From contig NVWF01000014.1 in the NCBI GenBank assembly GCA_002746155.1, positions 1,925 to 65,924 of the forward strand: a stretch of 64,000 nt of DNA. The letters are read 5' to 3'. A model generated the notes under the pieces. It saw only the letters and a list, made by a program, of their open reading frames with translations. It did not search any database and was not told where the DNA came from. Source of the stretch: Gammaproteobacteria bacterium (GTDB lineage: Bacteria; Pseudomonadota; Gammaproteobacteria; Enterobacterales; GCA-2746155). Shown here one piece after another: positions 53,672 to 62,727 of this stretch. Position 1 is the first letter of the stretch; each line of letters starts with the position of its first letter. A program made the position numbers and the translations under genes.

Positions 53672-55138
53672 TTAGCGCCCGAAAGACTCAAGGATCTGAT
53701 TAGCTCTGTTAATAACCATTTTAAAGGCATCAAAGTCACTAAGCGTTAACTTTTGACCCGTTATCTGACGGTCAGAATAATACATTCCCATAGGACGCCC
53801 TTGTATGAGTATGGGCCCAGCTAAAAAATCATTACTACCCAAAATTACTTTAAACTTAGCAAGCAACTCTCCTGCCATAGGTCCATGGACAGCTTTCTTA
53901 GACCAAATACATTTTTTGTCCTTGATCACAGATTGAAACAAAGGTGTAGAAGCGATAGTAAAACTAAAGTCTGATACAAGACTAGAATTTCTGTCCTGAA
54001 CAGCATATTTTCCCACAAGTTTACCACTAGATTGCTCAATGAAAGCCACTAGACCCCTATCCATTCCAACGCCTCTATGAACTCCTTCTAAAACTAACTG
54101 TAATACAAAGTTGATATCAAGTTCAGTTGATTCATTTTCCATAGTTTCTAGTTCATTTAAAATATTATTAATGACATCCTTGTTTGGCGCTTTTAATTCT
54201 TTTTTACCACGCTTTTTAGTGATTTTAATCTTTTTCGGTTGATATTCTGATAGGTCAATTTTAGTGCCAGGTGGAAAACTAATATTGTTGATCAGTTCAG
54301 TAAATCCGTGTCCTTTAAGAACCTCTACTGTTTGCTCTGCACTACTTATGATAATTTTTCTAGTATCTTCTAAACTCAATTTTGCATAACTTGAAAGTTC
54401 GTTAATAACTTTCTTAGTACTAGGTTTACCCCAACCACGACTTGCGACATTAAGTAGTCGATGGCTTAAGATAATATTTCTGCTAGCACTTTCAGGCGTA
54501 TCCTTGCGTCGCAATGCGTTTAAAAGAACATTACCCATCCCCCAGCGCTGTGCCAAGCCATAGGTTAGTTCACTTAATCTAAAGCCTAAAACCTCTTCTT
54601 GGGCTTCGAGCTGAGTAAACCCCTCTTCAGTCATTAACTCGTTAATTTCCTCTGCAGCTGTTCCTCCGAATGTCCAAAAAGCCATCTCGCCCATATGAAA
54701 CAACATTGAAGCTATGAACAGTTCTTCAGGATTTTCATCATTACGCGACTCAGAAAATTGTTGTGACTGGACGGCTGATTGGAAAGAACTTGAAATACCT
54801 CTGAGAAGACGTTCGGATGGGTCCTTTTTGAGCAGTTGTTGAAATACACCTGAAGATAAACAAATGGAACGTATTACATCATAGCCAAGAAACATAACCG
54901 CACGGCTAATGGTATTAATTTTTTTAAGTCCTACATTATAGTGAGCAGAGTTTGCCATTTTTAAAACTCTGGCAGTCATATTAGGATCCTGAAGAATTAT
55001 TGAGGCCATTTCAGATGCAAAATCATTCACAAAGTCATCAAGACTACCTAAACGGCTCATGGTTTTTGATAAGACAGGAAATTCTTCATCCGCTAAATAG
55101 TCAATCCATTCCTTTAAACTTTCAGGTCGTTTAATCAA
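53672..55138 (-). CDS. HDOD domain signalling protein with C-terminal GAF-like domain
   Basis: The N-terminal part has LKMANSAHYN and surrounding HDOD-type helices. The C-terminal ~150 aa resembles a GAF fold (..GMDRGLVAFIE...GRPMGMYYSD). Confidence 0.7.
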   Translation of the reverse strand: MIKRPESLKEWIDYLADEEFPVLSKTMSRLGSLDDFVNDFASEMASIILQDPNMTARVLKMANSAHYNVGLKKINTISRAVMFLGYDVIRSICLSSGVFQQLLKKDPSERLLRGISSSFQSAVQSQQFSESRNDENPEELFIASMLFHMGEMAFWTFGGTAAEEINELMTEEGFTQLEAQEEVLGFRLSELTYGLAQRWGMGNVLLNALRRKDTPESASRNIILSHRLLNVASRGWGKPSTKKVINELSSYAKLSLEDTRKIIISSAEQTVEVLKGHGFTELINNISFPPGTKIDLSEYQPKKIKITKKRGKKELKAPNKDVINNILNELETMENESTELDINFVLQLVLEGVHRGVGMDRGLVAFIEQSSGKLVGKYAVQDRNSSLVSDFSFTIASTPLFQSVIKDKKCIWSKKAVHGPMAGELLAKFKVILGSNDFLAGPILIQGRPMGMYYSDRQITGQKLTLSDFDAFKMVINRANQILESFGR

Positions 55139-55230
55139 TGGTTAATCACTCCTTAGCTATAGTAATAATGGACAGAGTACTTAATAGCTTAATGTTAGAT
55201 AGATGAGCTTAAGGATATTTTTGTTAACCA

Positions 55231-55260
55231 AAAAAAACCGACTTTAAAATATCGGTTTTT
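55231..55260 (-). terminator. Rho-independent terminator after the TonB-cluster TPR gene
   Basis: aaaaaccga-ctttaaaata-tcggttttt. On the minus strand it is followed by a T run. It lies 62 nt after the stop at 55322. Confidence 0.65.
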
Positions 55261-55321
55261 AAATCATACATTTAATGAGCTCTTACTCTTACTTAGGCCA
55301 TTATTTAGGACATTATTTTAA

Positions 55322-56707
55322 TTATGACTTAGATTGCATAGAGTCTTTAACGAAGGCTATCCATTGATTTGCATTTCGTTTAACGCCCTTATAAGTTTGA
55401 GCTTTTCTCAATGCCTTAATAGCATCATTAGGATTACCTGTGTTAAACAGTGCTATACCTAAATTTAAATGAGTTCGACCTGTACTTTTCTTTAAACCAC
55501 CTTTTTTAAGTGCTTTTTCAAAGGATTGAACTGCCTTGCCCCATTTTTCTTTATCAACATATAGAACACCTATACGCATTTCATTTAAGCCATTTTCAGA
55601 TAAATTACCCGCCTTGGTATACGCAGCAATAGCCTTATTATTTTCTCGTGCAGATTGCCATCCGCCACCAGCTTGTTTCCAAGTTTTTTCAGTGGCTTCG
55701 ATAATTCCCTTATTTAAACCTTCTTCCATTATCGCGGCTGATTTATAAGAAAGATCATTGATCGCATACATGCTAGAAAGATTCTTATATTCAGAACCTT
55801 TTGTTAGCATATTTTGCTTATAGGCTAGTTCATAAATAACAAGTGCTTCCATACTACGTTCTAGCTTATTATAAAGACCTGATAATTGTCTCCAATACTT
55901 TGCAGACTCAGGAAAAGATATCAAACGTTCTTTAGCAATAGTAGCTGCGCCTACAAAATCTGAATTTTCATAGTGTGCTGCCACTAGGATGTCATACCAA
56001 CTACTCTTCGGACGATCGGATATATTAATCGCCATTCTAATTGGACATATTGATTTAGAATATTGTTTACCTAAAATTGCAGCTTGACCAAGCAGTACGT
56101 AATCAGTGGCTTTGGGTCTGACAGCAGTCTTAAACCACGCATTAATTATGCCCATAGCCTTATCTGGTTGAGGAGGTTCAATTGTGAGATAGAGACCCGC
56201 AACGTTTCGAATCAAACTTTGTTCGCTACGAACAGGTAGGATTTTCATATCTATAACTTTTCTAAAGTAGTCGATTGCTCTATTGTAGTCTCCCTTTGAA
56301 AGATAAGAATAACCTAAATACTCACTGGTTTTGGCCAAGTCATAGGGTCTTCCAGCAGTTTTAATTTCAAGTTCTTTAAGGATAGCAATAGCCTCATCCC
56401 AAAGTTCTTCACCCATCGCTTCAGCAACACGTTCCATCTTTCGAAAGTTAGATGGGCTTAAAGCGTGAGTCCGTCGTTTTTTACCATCAGGCGCTTTAGC
56501 AAGTCCAAGTGGTTTGCAATCTTTAGTGAATTTGGTATCGACAATAGGTGCCTTAATAAAAGGAGGAGGAGGGGGAGGAGTAGGTTTTTCTAACTCCTTA
56601 CCAGCATCACCTTCTGCAGCAGTTATGCTACCAAAACTCATTACTAAACTAGTTATGAAAACTAATAGCTTGATTGAAACGCATTTATTTTTCTTTATAT
56701 AAATCAT
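55322..56707 (-). CDS. TPR-repeat protein of the TonB2-type cluster (TtpD-like)
   Basis: Signal peptide, a poly-Pro stretch, then multiple TPR-like A..Y/.A...F helices. It is the last gene of the exbB-exbD-tonB operon. Confidence 0.75.
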   Translation of the reverse strand: MIYIKKNKCVSIKLLVFITSLVMSFGSITAAEGDAGKELEKPTPPPPPPFIKAPIVDTKFTKDCKPLGLAKAPDGKKRRTHALSPSNFRKMERVAEAMGEELWDEAIAILKELEIKTAGRPYDLAKTSEYLGYSYLSKGDYNRAIDYFRKVIDMKILPVRSEQSLIRNVAGLYLTIEPPQPDKAMGIINAWFKTAVRPKATDYVLLGQAAILGKQYSKSICPIRMAINISDRPKSSWYDILVAAHYENSDFVGAATIAKERLISFPESAKYWRQLSGLYNKLERSMEALVIYELAYKQNMLTKGSEYKNLSSMYAINDLSYKSAAIMEEGLNKGIIEATEKTWKQAGGGWQSARENNKAIAAYTKAGNLSENGLNEMRIGVLYVDKEKWGKAVQSFEKALKKGGLKKSTGRTHLNLGIALFNTGNPNDAIKALRKAQTYKGVKRNANQWIAFVKDSMQSKS

Positions 56708-56716
56708 TATGCACCG

Positions 56717-57328
56717 TTATTCTTCAATCTTAAATTCCATGGTGTAACACATATTCTTTTGTTCCACCGCTTTGCCATCTACAACTGCAGGCTTAAATTT
56801 CCATTTGTATACAGCTCTTTGTGCCGCTCTATCAAATAGGCGTCGAGGCTTCGAGTCAGTAATAGAGACTTGAGAAGCTTTACCATCAGGTAAAATTGTG
56901 AAGCACATTTTTACATAACCTTCAATACCTTCCATCAATGCCTTACGAGGCCACCGTGGTTCAGTAATCATTAAGGGGATAGCATCACCATCATTCATGA
57001 CTCCACCTTTACCCAAAAATGGCCCATCACCTTTTAAATTAACATCTAGACTTGTCATCTGGAAGTCAAGATTTTGAGTAACTCGATTCTCGTCTTGTAC
57101 TCTAATCTTTTCTGGTGGTGGTGGCTTTTTAGGTGGTGGTGGTTTCTTCCTCAGAGGACGTTTCTTATTTTGGACATCGTTATCTTGTTTAACAGCACCA
57201 ATATCAACCGTTATATATTCACCAGTGGGTTCAAAATCAGCTTTGATTGAAATGAGTACAGCCATAAATATAAACAGTAGGAAGGTGATAACTCCACCCA
57301 TAAGAAAACCAGACAAAACTCGTTTCAT
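56717..57328 (-). CDS. tonB: Energy transducer TonB
   Basis: N-terminal TM, Pro/Lys-rich spacer KKPPPPKKPPPPEK and a C-terminal TonB domain (..P.YP..A...GIEGYV...F.I...G....V.I..S.P...FD.AA..AV..WKFKP). Confidence 0.9.
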   Translation of the reverse strand: MKRVLSGFLMGGVITFLLFIFMAVLISIKADFEPTGEYITVDIGAVKQDNDVQNKKRPLRKKPPPPKKPPPPEKIRVQDENRVTQNLDFQMTSLDVNLKGDGPFLGKGGVMNDGDAIPLMITEPRWPRKALMEGIEGYVKMCFTILPDGKASQVSITDSKPRRLFDRAAQRAVYKWKFKPAVVDGKAVEQKNMCYTMEFKIEE

Positions 57329-57726
57329 AATTTTACCCTCGCTGCTACAGATACATCTTTCACACCTGCAGCTTTAATCGCATCAAAGGTTTTTAATAAG
57401 ACACCACTTTTTGCCCGTTGATCTGCTTGGATTACCACCTGTCCCTCAGGGTTTTCAAGCTTAATATCTTCAATTAAACTACGAAGATTTTTTACTTCAA
57501 CTTCCTTTTTGGAAACCCAAATAGTACCATCTTCTTTAATCGCGATAAAAATACTTGCATTCTTTTTCTTAATTGCCGTAGGCGCATAGGGTTTATTAAC
57601 ATTAACCCCAGACTCCTTTACAAAAGAAGTAGTAACAATGAAGAAGATGAGCATGATAAACACCACGTCTAGCATGGGCGTCATATCAATTTCAGCATCT
57701 TGAACCTTTGCTTTTTTTCTTATCAT
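57325..57726 (-). CDS. exbD: Biopolymer transport protein ExbD/TolR
   Basis: 133 aa. The N-terminal motif EIDMTPMLDVVFIMLIFFIV is typical of ExbD. Confidence 0.9.
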   Translation of the reverse strand: MIRKKAKVQDAEIDMTPMLDVVFIMLIFFIVTTSFVKESGVNVNKPYAPTAIKKKNASIFIAIKEDGTIWVSKKEVEVKNLRSLIEDIKLENPEGQVVIQADQRAKSGVLLKTFDAIKAAGVKDVSVAARVKL

Positions 57727-57811
57727 TAGATATCTCGTTTTTCAATATTGTTATTTACTACAATGATAGTACAAAAACTCTGTAAATGATCATTATGTAC
57801 GACTTAGTCAA

Positions 57812-58339
57812 TTAATGACGTGGCATTCTATCTGCTAATTGGTTCGTCTTAGTAATTGCATTGGCTTCTAATCTAGTAGAGATAAAGAGACCCGATAAGG
57901 CCGCAACCATGCCCGCCATTGTCGGAACAGTAGCCATAGATATGCCTGCCGCCATCAGACGAGGATTACCAGTACCATGTGTTGCCATTGTTTCAAACAC
58001 AGTAATCATACCTGTAACTGTTCCCAGTAGACCAACCATGGGACAAATAGCAACCAATGTCTTAATCAGCATTAAATACTGACTAAGGCTCTCTTTTGAC
58101 TGAGAAATCCAAGCATCTCTAATTCGATGAGCAGACCAGGATGAAACATCGTGTCGTGCAGTCCATTTGGCGATCATTTTTCTTGAATCTCTTGGAAAAG
58201 TGAAATTCTGGTACCAAATGCGCTCTATGATGTAAGTCCACATAACGATCAGAACAAAGGCAATGATGTACAATACATCACCACCAGTGTTCATAAAGTT
58301 TCTGACCATATCAAGTAGATCTTCTAGCTGATATAGCAT
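57812..58339 (-). CDS. exbB: MotA/TolQ/ExbB proton-channel protein
   Basis: 175 aa with three TMs and a conserved GLLGTVTGMI...F motif. Confidence 0.88.
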   Translation of the reverse strand: MLYQLEDLLDMVRNFMNTGGDVLYIIAFVLIVMWTYIIERIWYQNFTFPRDSRKMIAKWTARHDVSSWSAHRIRDAWISQSKESLSQYLMLIKTLVAICPMVGLLGTVTGMITVFETMATHGTGNPRLMAAGISMATVPTMAGMVAALSGLFISTRLEANAITKTNQLADRMPRH

Positions 58340-58343
58340 TTAA

Positions 58344-59726
58344 CTATGCTCCTTTCTCAGCGTGCTCAGCAAGCAACCCAGTGCTTTGCTCTTCTAACAC
58401 GTGAACAATTGACTTTGACTTACCGGATACAATCGCATGTAAGAAAATCAACGGAATAGCAGAAATCAAACCGAGTACTGTTGTCATCAAGGCTGTTGAA
58501 ATACCGCCAGCCATTAATTTTGGGTCTCCAGTACCAAATAAAGTGATTGATTGGAAGGTAGCAATCATACCAGTTACCGTACCAAGCAGACCTAGTAGAG
58601 GAGATACTGCTGCTAGTACTTTAATGATATTAACTCCACGTTCAATCTTCGGCGTTTCTTTCAACACAGCTTCATCAAGCTTTAATTCAAGGTCGTCAGT
58701 GGCAAGATCCCGATTGGCTTGATAGATTGACATGATACGACCTAATGGATTATTACCAGGCGTAGAGCTCTTAGCTTGTTTCTTGATTTTAGAACCAATA
58801 GATGTCAAAGCAATAATTCGCTCAAATACTATGATTAAACCAAAAGCGAGTAACGCTGTAATAACGTATCCAACGAGACCACCTTGGTGATATCGTTCCA
58901 TCGTCGTCTTTTTCTGAGTCAACAAGCGAAGTAGAGAACCACGTGAAGGGTCAACTGCTAAGCCTTCCATCGCAGCACTTGAACCGATAAAGCTGCTCAC
59001 AGTATCACTGAACTCAGCATCAGGTTGGCGTACAAGTGCTTGCATCTCACCTAAGGCAGTGTTGTAGACAACATAACCAGAATCAGAAAGTAGATTGAAA
59101 ACACCAACTCGAGTAACAGACATTGTCTGCTTAGTGCCATCACCTAAAATCACATCACCTTCAAAGGTAACGATTTTTCCTGATTGAGTCATTTCAGTCT
59201 GAAGTGCAATCCACAATTTTTGAAGCTCAACAATAGTAGGCAGTTCTTTACGAGCACCTAGCTCATCAAGAAATACTTCACGACCAGGGAATTGTGCAGA
59301 AATAACTGAACCAACAATACGTTGAGAAGTATCAAGTGAAACCTGGCGTACCACACCGAACATCTCACCTAAGTTGGCAGATTTCAGTTTTAATTGGTCA
59401 TCCATTTCAGCTATTTTAACTTCGTTAGCATCATATTGAGCTTTCAAAGTCACTGTTCTTCTTTCCTGACGCTTTTCCTCTGCAAGTGCATTATCTAATA
59501 ATGACTTCTGGCGAGTACGAGCAGCTTGAAAATCTTTAATTCGTTGCTTATTTAACGCACTGTCTGCAGTTCTTGCAACCTTAACAGTTGCTAATAGCTC
59601 ATCAAGGCTTGAAGCTTTAGGGATTTGAGTAGTCGTTGCCGCTTCTTCTGCAGCAAATAAATTTAATGTTGTCCCAGCGAGTATAACGCTGGCGATAACT
59701 AGGCTAGCTAATTTTTTCATCGTCAA
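58344..59726 (-). CDS. Large MotA/TolQ/ExbB-family protein with periplasmic N-terminal extension (TtpC-like)
   Basis: Signal peptide, an extension of about 270 aa, then an ExbB-type channel module (GLLGTVTGMIATFQSI). Confidence 0.85.
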   Translation of the reverse strand: MTMKKLASLVIASVILAGTTLNLFAAEEAATTTQIPKASSLDELLATVKVARTADSALNKQRIKDFQAARTRQKSLLDNALAEEKRQERRTVTLKAQYDANEVKIAEMDDQLKLKSANLGEMFGVVRQVSLDTSQRIVGSVISAQFPGREVFLDELGARKELPTIVELQKLWIALQTEMTQSGKIVTFEGDVILGDGTKQTMSVTRVGVFNLLSDSGYVVYNTALGEMQALVRQPDAEFSDTVSSFIGSSAAMEGLAVDPSRGSLLRLLTQKKTTMERYHQGGLVGYVITALLAFGLIIVFERIIALTSIGSKIKKQAKSSTPGNNPLGRIMSIYQANRDLATDDLELKLDEAVLKETPKIERGVNIIKVLAAVSPLLGLLGTVTGMIATFQSITLFGTGDPKLMAGGISTALMTTVLGLISAIPLIFLHAIVSGKSKSIVHVLEEQSTGLLAEHAEKGA

Positions 59727-60527
59727 TTACCTCGCAGCTTTTGCAGTTGATATGGGTAGATGGATTAAGTTGAGATTCGACTGTCCGCGAGCCATCTTAA
59801 TTCCTTCACGTATGGTACGTCGGTATTCATCACCAACAGCTACCCAATTACGATTAGATACATCATAGTAGGCTCGAGTTTCTTCGTCTCGGCTTTGATA
59901 TACCAGAGCTACGCGACCAAAACGTAAAAAATCTACGGTTTTCTCAACGCCACCTATGGTTATCTTCTCTTCATAAGATGTAACACTGCTGCCATAATCA
60001 TTTTCAATTTGATAGGCCTCAAGGATTTTACGATATTTCTCAGAGTTAGAGATATTTACACTCAACATCATTTCTCTGAGGAAATTTACTCTTCTTTCCC
60101 TTTCAACCTTCAGGAATGGCATATCAAGTTGGACGAATTGATCAAGTGACTCAATCATATCTTCCATCATAGGAATAACCGCTCTCTCAGTACCATCAAT
60201 TCCGTCCATTTGACCTTGAATTGAATCCATCTCAGCTTTTTGTTTTCTTATAAATCCTTCAATAGAAGAATTATAAGCTTTTAAGCTATCGATACTTTGA
60301 AGTGTTACCTGATAGGTTTGCGCCATATCAGAAGTTTGGTCTGCTAATTTATCAACACGCAGTTGAGTGTTAACAGAGGCTTTATTCATCGCTTTTTCAA
60401 TAGTAACGGATGTATCGAGAGGGCCTGCAGCCATCAACGTTCCACCCCAAACTATTAAAAGAGCATTGGCGATAATTGCTAATACTTTATTTTTTTTCAT
60501 TGTCTTTAACATTTTATATCCTGACAT
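59727..60527 (-). CDS. Periplasmic coiled-coil protein, DUF3450-like (TtpB-like), first gene of the TonB2-type cluster
   Basis: Signal peptide and heptad-rich sequence. Its position immediately upstream of the large ExbB paralogue is as in Vibrio TonB2 clusters. The family name is recalled. Confidence 0.65.
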   Translation of the reverse strand: MSGYKMLKTMKKNKVLAIIANALLIVWGGTLMAAGPLDTSVTIEKAMNKASVNTQLRVDKLADQTSDMAQTYQVTLQSIDSLKAYNSSIEGFIRKQKAEMDSIQGQMDGIDGTERAVIPMMEDMIESLDQFVQLDMPFLKVERERRVNFLREMMLSVNISNSEKYRKILEAYQIENDYGSSVTSYEEKITIGGVEKTVDFLRFGRVALVYQSRDEETRAYYDVSNRNWVAVGDEYRRTIREGIKMARGQSNLNLIHLPISTAKAAR

Positions 60528-60785
60528 CTTGTTGAATCTACGATAGATCCCTGATTAGGAGTTATTATTCACCGTTAGTACATCACTTTTCGTATATTAC
60601 ATTTTCGACTATAAGTTGACGAATAAATATACAATCAGATATTTACTAGCAGACATTAGAACAACGAACTATAAACACATTAGAGAGGCGAGTCAACGGT
60701 ATAAAATCATTGATTATTAATGAAGGATTCAGAGCTAATTTCTTACTCCAAGGATTTAGGTAGATATATTTAATTTACAACTGGA

Positions 60786-60812
60786 TCAAAAAATGGGCAA
60801 AAAGCCCATTTT
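60786..60812 (-). terminator. Rho-independent terminator of the psp operon
   Basis: The minus strand reads aaatgggc-ttttt-gcccattttttt. It lies 20 nt after the pspC stop. Confidence 0.8.
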
Positions 60813-60831
60813 ATTGATTGATTTAAAAGTG

Positions 60832-61314
60832 CTATTTAGATGACAGCTCTTCGAATTCCTTGCGAAGTTCAAATTGTTTGGAGGTCACGTAAGATTCCAT
60901 TTTTTGCAATCGCCCTTCTAAGGATTTAAAACTTATATTCAACTTTGTTAATGTTTGGGCAGGTATTCTACCCTTTTTCCAAACTTGCTGAACACTTGCA
61001 GGTTGTCTGCCTGCTGAATTTCTAGCCGATTTTTCAGTATAAGAATCACGATGGAATTTTTTCTTTAAAGACTTTACCTTGTCATATTCACCAGTACCGG
61101 GTCTTGGTTCTAGTACAAAATATCCTACTAGGTAGGCAATAAAGATAGGAAACTGAAAAAAAAGCAGTGCTGTTACTGCAATTATTCTTACAACCCATAC
61201 TTCTAGACCGAAATAATCAGCAACACCAACACAAACTCCACAAATTTTGCCCCGAGAAGGATCACGATATAACTCTCGCTTTGGATTTATAGGTGGCTGG
61301 GAATCACTGTCCAT
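60832..61314 (-). CDS. pspC: Envelope stress response membrane protein PspC
   Basis: PspC domain LYRDPSRGKICGVCVGVADYFGLEVWVVRIIAV plus a TM. The preferred ATG at 61314 overlaps the pspB stop (ATGGACAGTGA). Confidence 0.88.
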   Translation of the reverse strand: MDSDSQPPINPKRELYRDPSRGKICGVCVGVADYFGLEVWVVRIIAVTALLFFQFPIFIAYLVGYFVLEPRPGTGEYDKVKSLKKKFHRDSYTEKSARNSAGRQPASVQQVWKKGRIPAQTLTKLNISFKSLEGRLQKMESYVTSKQFELRKEFEELSSK

Positions 61315-61537
61315 GCTTAGCTCTCCAGTCAGGCGATTCAGCATCTAGGATTGATTCTAGAATTGTTATCCTATCTTCCATACTTTCGGCCATATTAGCT
61401 AATTCATTTAGAGAATTTTGTTCCTTATCCGACAATCCAACAGCCTTCTTGCCAGCTGTTCTATAGTGCATAATAACCCAAATCGGAGCTACAATTACCA
61501 TAAATAAAATAATAGGAGCAATTATTATACTATCCAT
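61304..61537 (-). CDS. pspB: Phage shock protein B
   Basis: 77 aa with an N-terminal TM, then ...LSDKEQNSLNELANMAESMEDRITILESILD, which is PspB-like. Confidence 0.88.
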   Translation of the reverse strand: MDSIIIAPIILFMVIVAPIWVIMHYRTAGKKAVGLSDKEQNSLNELANMAESMEDRITILESILDAESPDWRAKHGQ

Positions 61538-61554
61538 TTAAATCACCTTTGTTG

Positions 61555-62253
61555 TTAGTTTTTTGACTTACTGTCTGTTTTAGATGGCGCTTTAGCTCCA
61601 GCCATTTTCTTCTTTAATGCGGCTAATTCCTCATTAACCTTCTCATCATCCTCTAAACCTTCAATCTCTTCAGCTAAAGAACGCTTTCGCCCCATACTTT
61701 GTGAATCCACATTGGCTTCAAGATTATCGAGTTTACGTTCATATCGCTCAAATCGTTCCATGGCATCATCTGTATCAGCGGAAAAGAGGTGTTCCCTCAC
61801 TTTTAAGCGAGATGAAGCTGTCTTATGTCTCATCACTAAAGCCGACTGTCTGGATTTAGCATCCTGTAATTTATCTTGTAATTGACCAGTTTCTACATTT
61901 AATTGATCAAGGGTAGAATTTACCGAAGATAATTGAACGTCCATATCAGACGTTAATTCAACAAGACGTTTTTTCTCCATCAAGGCTGCCTTGGCTAGAT
62001 CTTCTCGATCTTTAGAGATAGCTAATTCAGCCTTTTGCTGCCAGTTATCTACTTCTGATTTTAGTTTATCAATTTTACGTTGCAACTCTTTCTTTTCAGC
62101 GATGGTCCTTGCTGAAGAAGTTCTAACTTCAACTAAAGTATCTTCCATTTCCTGAATAATTAACCGAATCATCTTTTCAGGATCTTCTGCCTTATCAAGT
62201 ATAGAATTTAGATTTGCGTTTACTATGTCTGCGAAGCGGGAAAAAATACCCAT
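61555..62253 (-). CDS. pspA: Phage shock protein A
   Basis: The MGIFSRFADIVNANLNSILDKAEDPEKMIRLIIQEMEDTLVEVR N-terminus is nearly identical in pattern to enterobacterial PspA. Coiled coil, 232 aa. Confidence 0.95.
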   Translation of the reverse strand: MGIFSRFADIVNANLNSILDKAEDPEKMIRLIIQEMEDTLVEVRTSSARTIAEKKELQRKIDKLKSEVDNWQQKAELAISKDREDLAKAALMEKKRLVELTSDMDVQLSSVNSTLDQLNVETGQLQDKLQDAKSRQSALVMRHKTASSRLKVREHLFSADTDDAMERFERYERKLDNLEANVDSQSMGRKRSLAEEIEGLEDDEKVNEELAALKKKMAGAKAPSKTDSKSKN

Positions 62254-62296
62254 AATTTAGCCCTCATGTTTCTTTAAAGTATTGATATTCATGTTA

Positions 62297-62506
62297 TCAA
62301 AATAACGATTTAATCGCTGTTATGACACTGCCTACCGGAGATTGAGTTAGTTGCTGACTGACCTGAGTAATTAGTTCTACTTGGTCCTGTGCAAATAAAA
62401 TTGCTATCAAAGCAATAATTACTCCAATGACTCCCATTGCGTTGATAATCAGACATTTAATCTTGCGTCGATTAAATTGGCTAATTAGTTCAGATTGCAA
62501 TTTCAT
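62297..62506 (-). CDS. Candidate small single-pass membrane protein (69 aa) between pspF and pspA
   Basis: The ATG at 62506 has GGAGAG 5 nt upstream. The product is MKLQSELISQFNRRKIK-[CLIINAMGVIGVIIALIAILFA]-QDQ.... It lies downstream of the only TGGCA motif in the pspF-pspA spacer. No family was recognised. Confidence 0.45.
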   Translation of the reverse strand: MKLQSELISQFNRRKIKCLIINAMGVIGVIIALIAILFAQDQVELITQVSQQLTQSPVGSVITAIKSLF

Positions 62507-62586
62507 CAGTTCTCTCCATATTTTCATTGATAGGCTAGTACATTTAAACTTTCTGATGGCGAACATCACCATCTCACTCTAAGTAC

Positions 62587-62604
62587 ATTCACATACCATG
62601 CCAA
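62587..62604 (-). promoter_or_regulatory. Candidate sigma54 (-24/-12) promoter of the psp operon
   Basis: The minus strand reads TTGGCAT-ggtat-GTGAAT against the consensus TGGCAC-N5-TTGCA. The -24 element is good and the -12 element is weak. It is the only TGGCA in 62254-62727. Confidence 0.4.
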
Positions 62605-62664
62605 TAAAAATCATACTTTAAGATACTGATATAAATAGATAATATAATATAGCACTGGTATATG

Positions 62665-62696
62665 TAGTTGGTTATGTGTAACATTTAAACCAACTA
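62665..62696. promoter_or_regulatory. Inverted repeat TAGTTGGTT-N14-AACCAACTA, candidate PspF upstream activating site or pspF operator
   Basis: Perfect 9-bp arms. It lies about 60-110 bp upstream of the sigma54-like motif and 32 bp upstream of the pspF start. Confidence 0.35.
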
Positions 62697-62727
62697 TTAG
62701 TTAAATTAACCATAAGAATGATGGCTT

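Noticed and set aside
60705-60723. Fur-box-like AT-rich stretch upstream of the TonB2-type operon
   Set aside because: It only partly matches the 19-bp Fur consensus, in very AT-rich DNA, and lies about 180 bp from the start codon. It is mentioned in a finding but is too weak to list as a feature.
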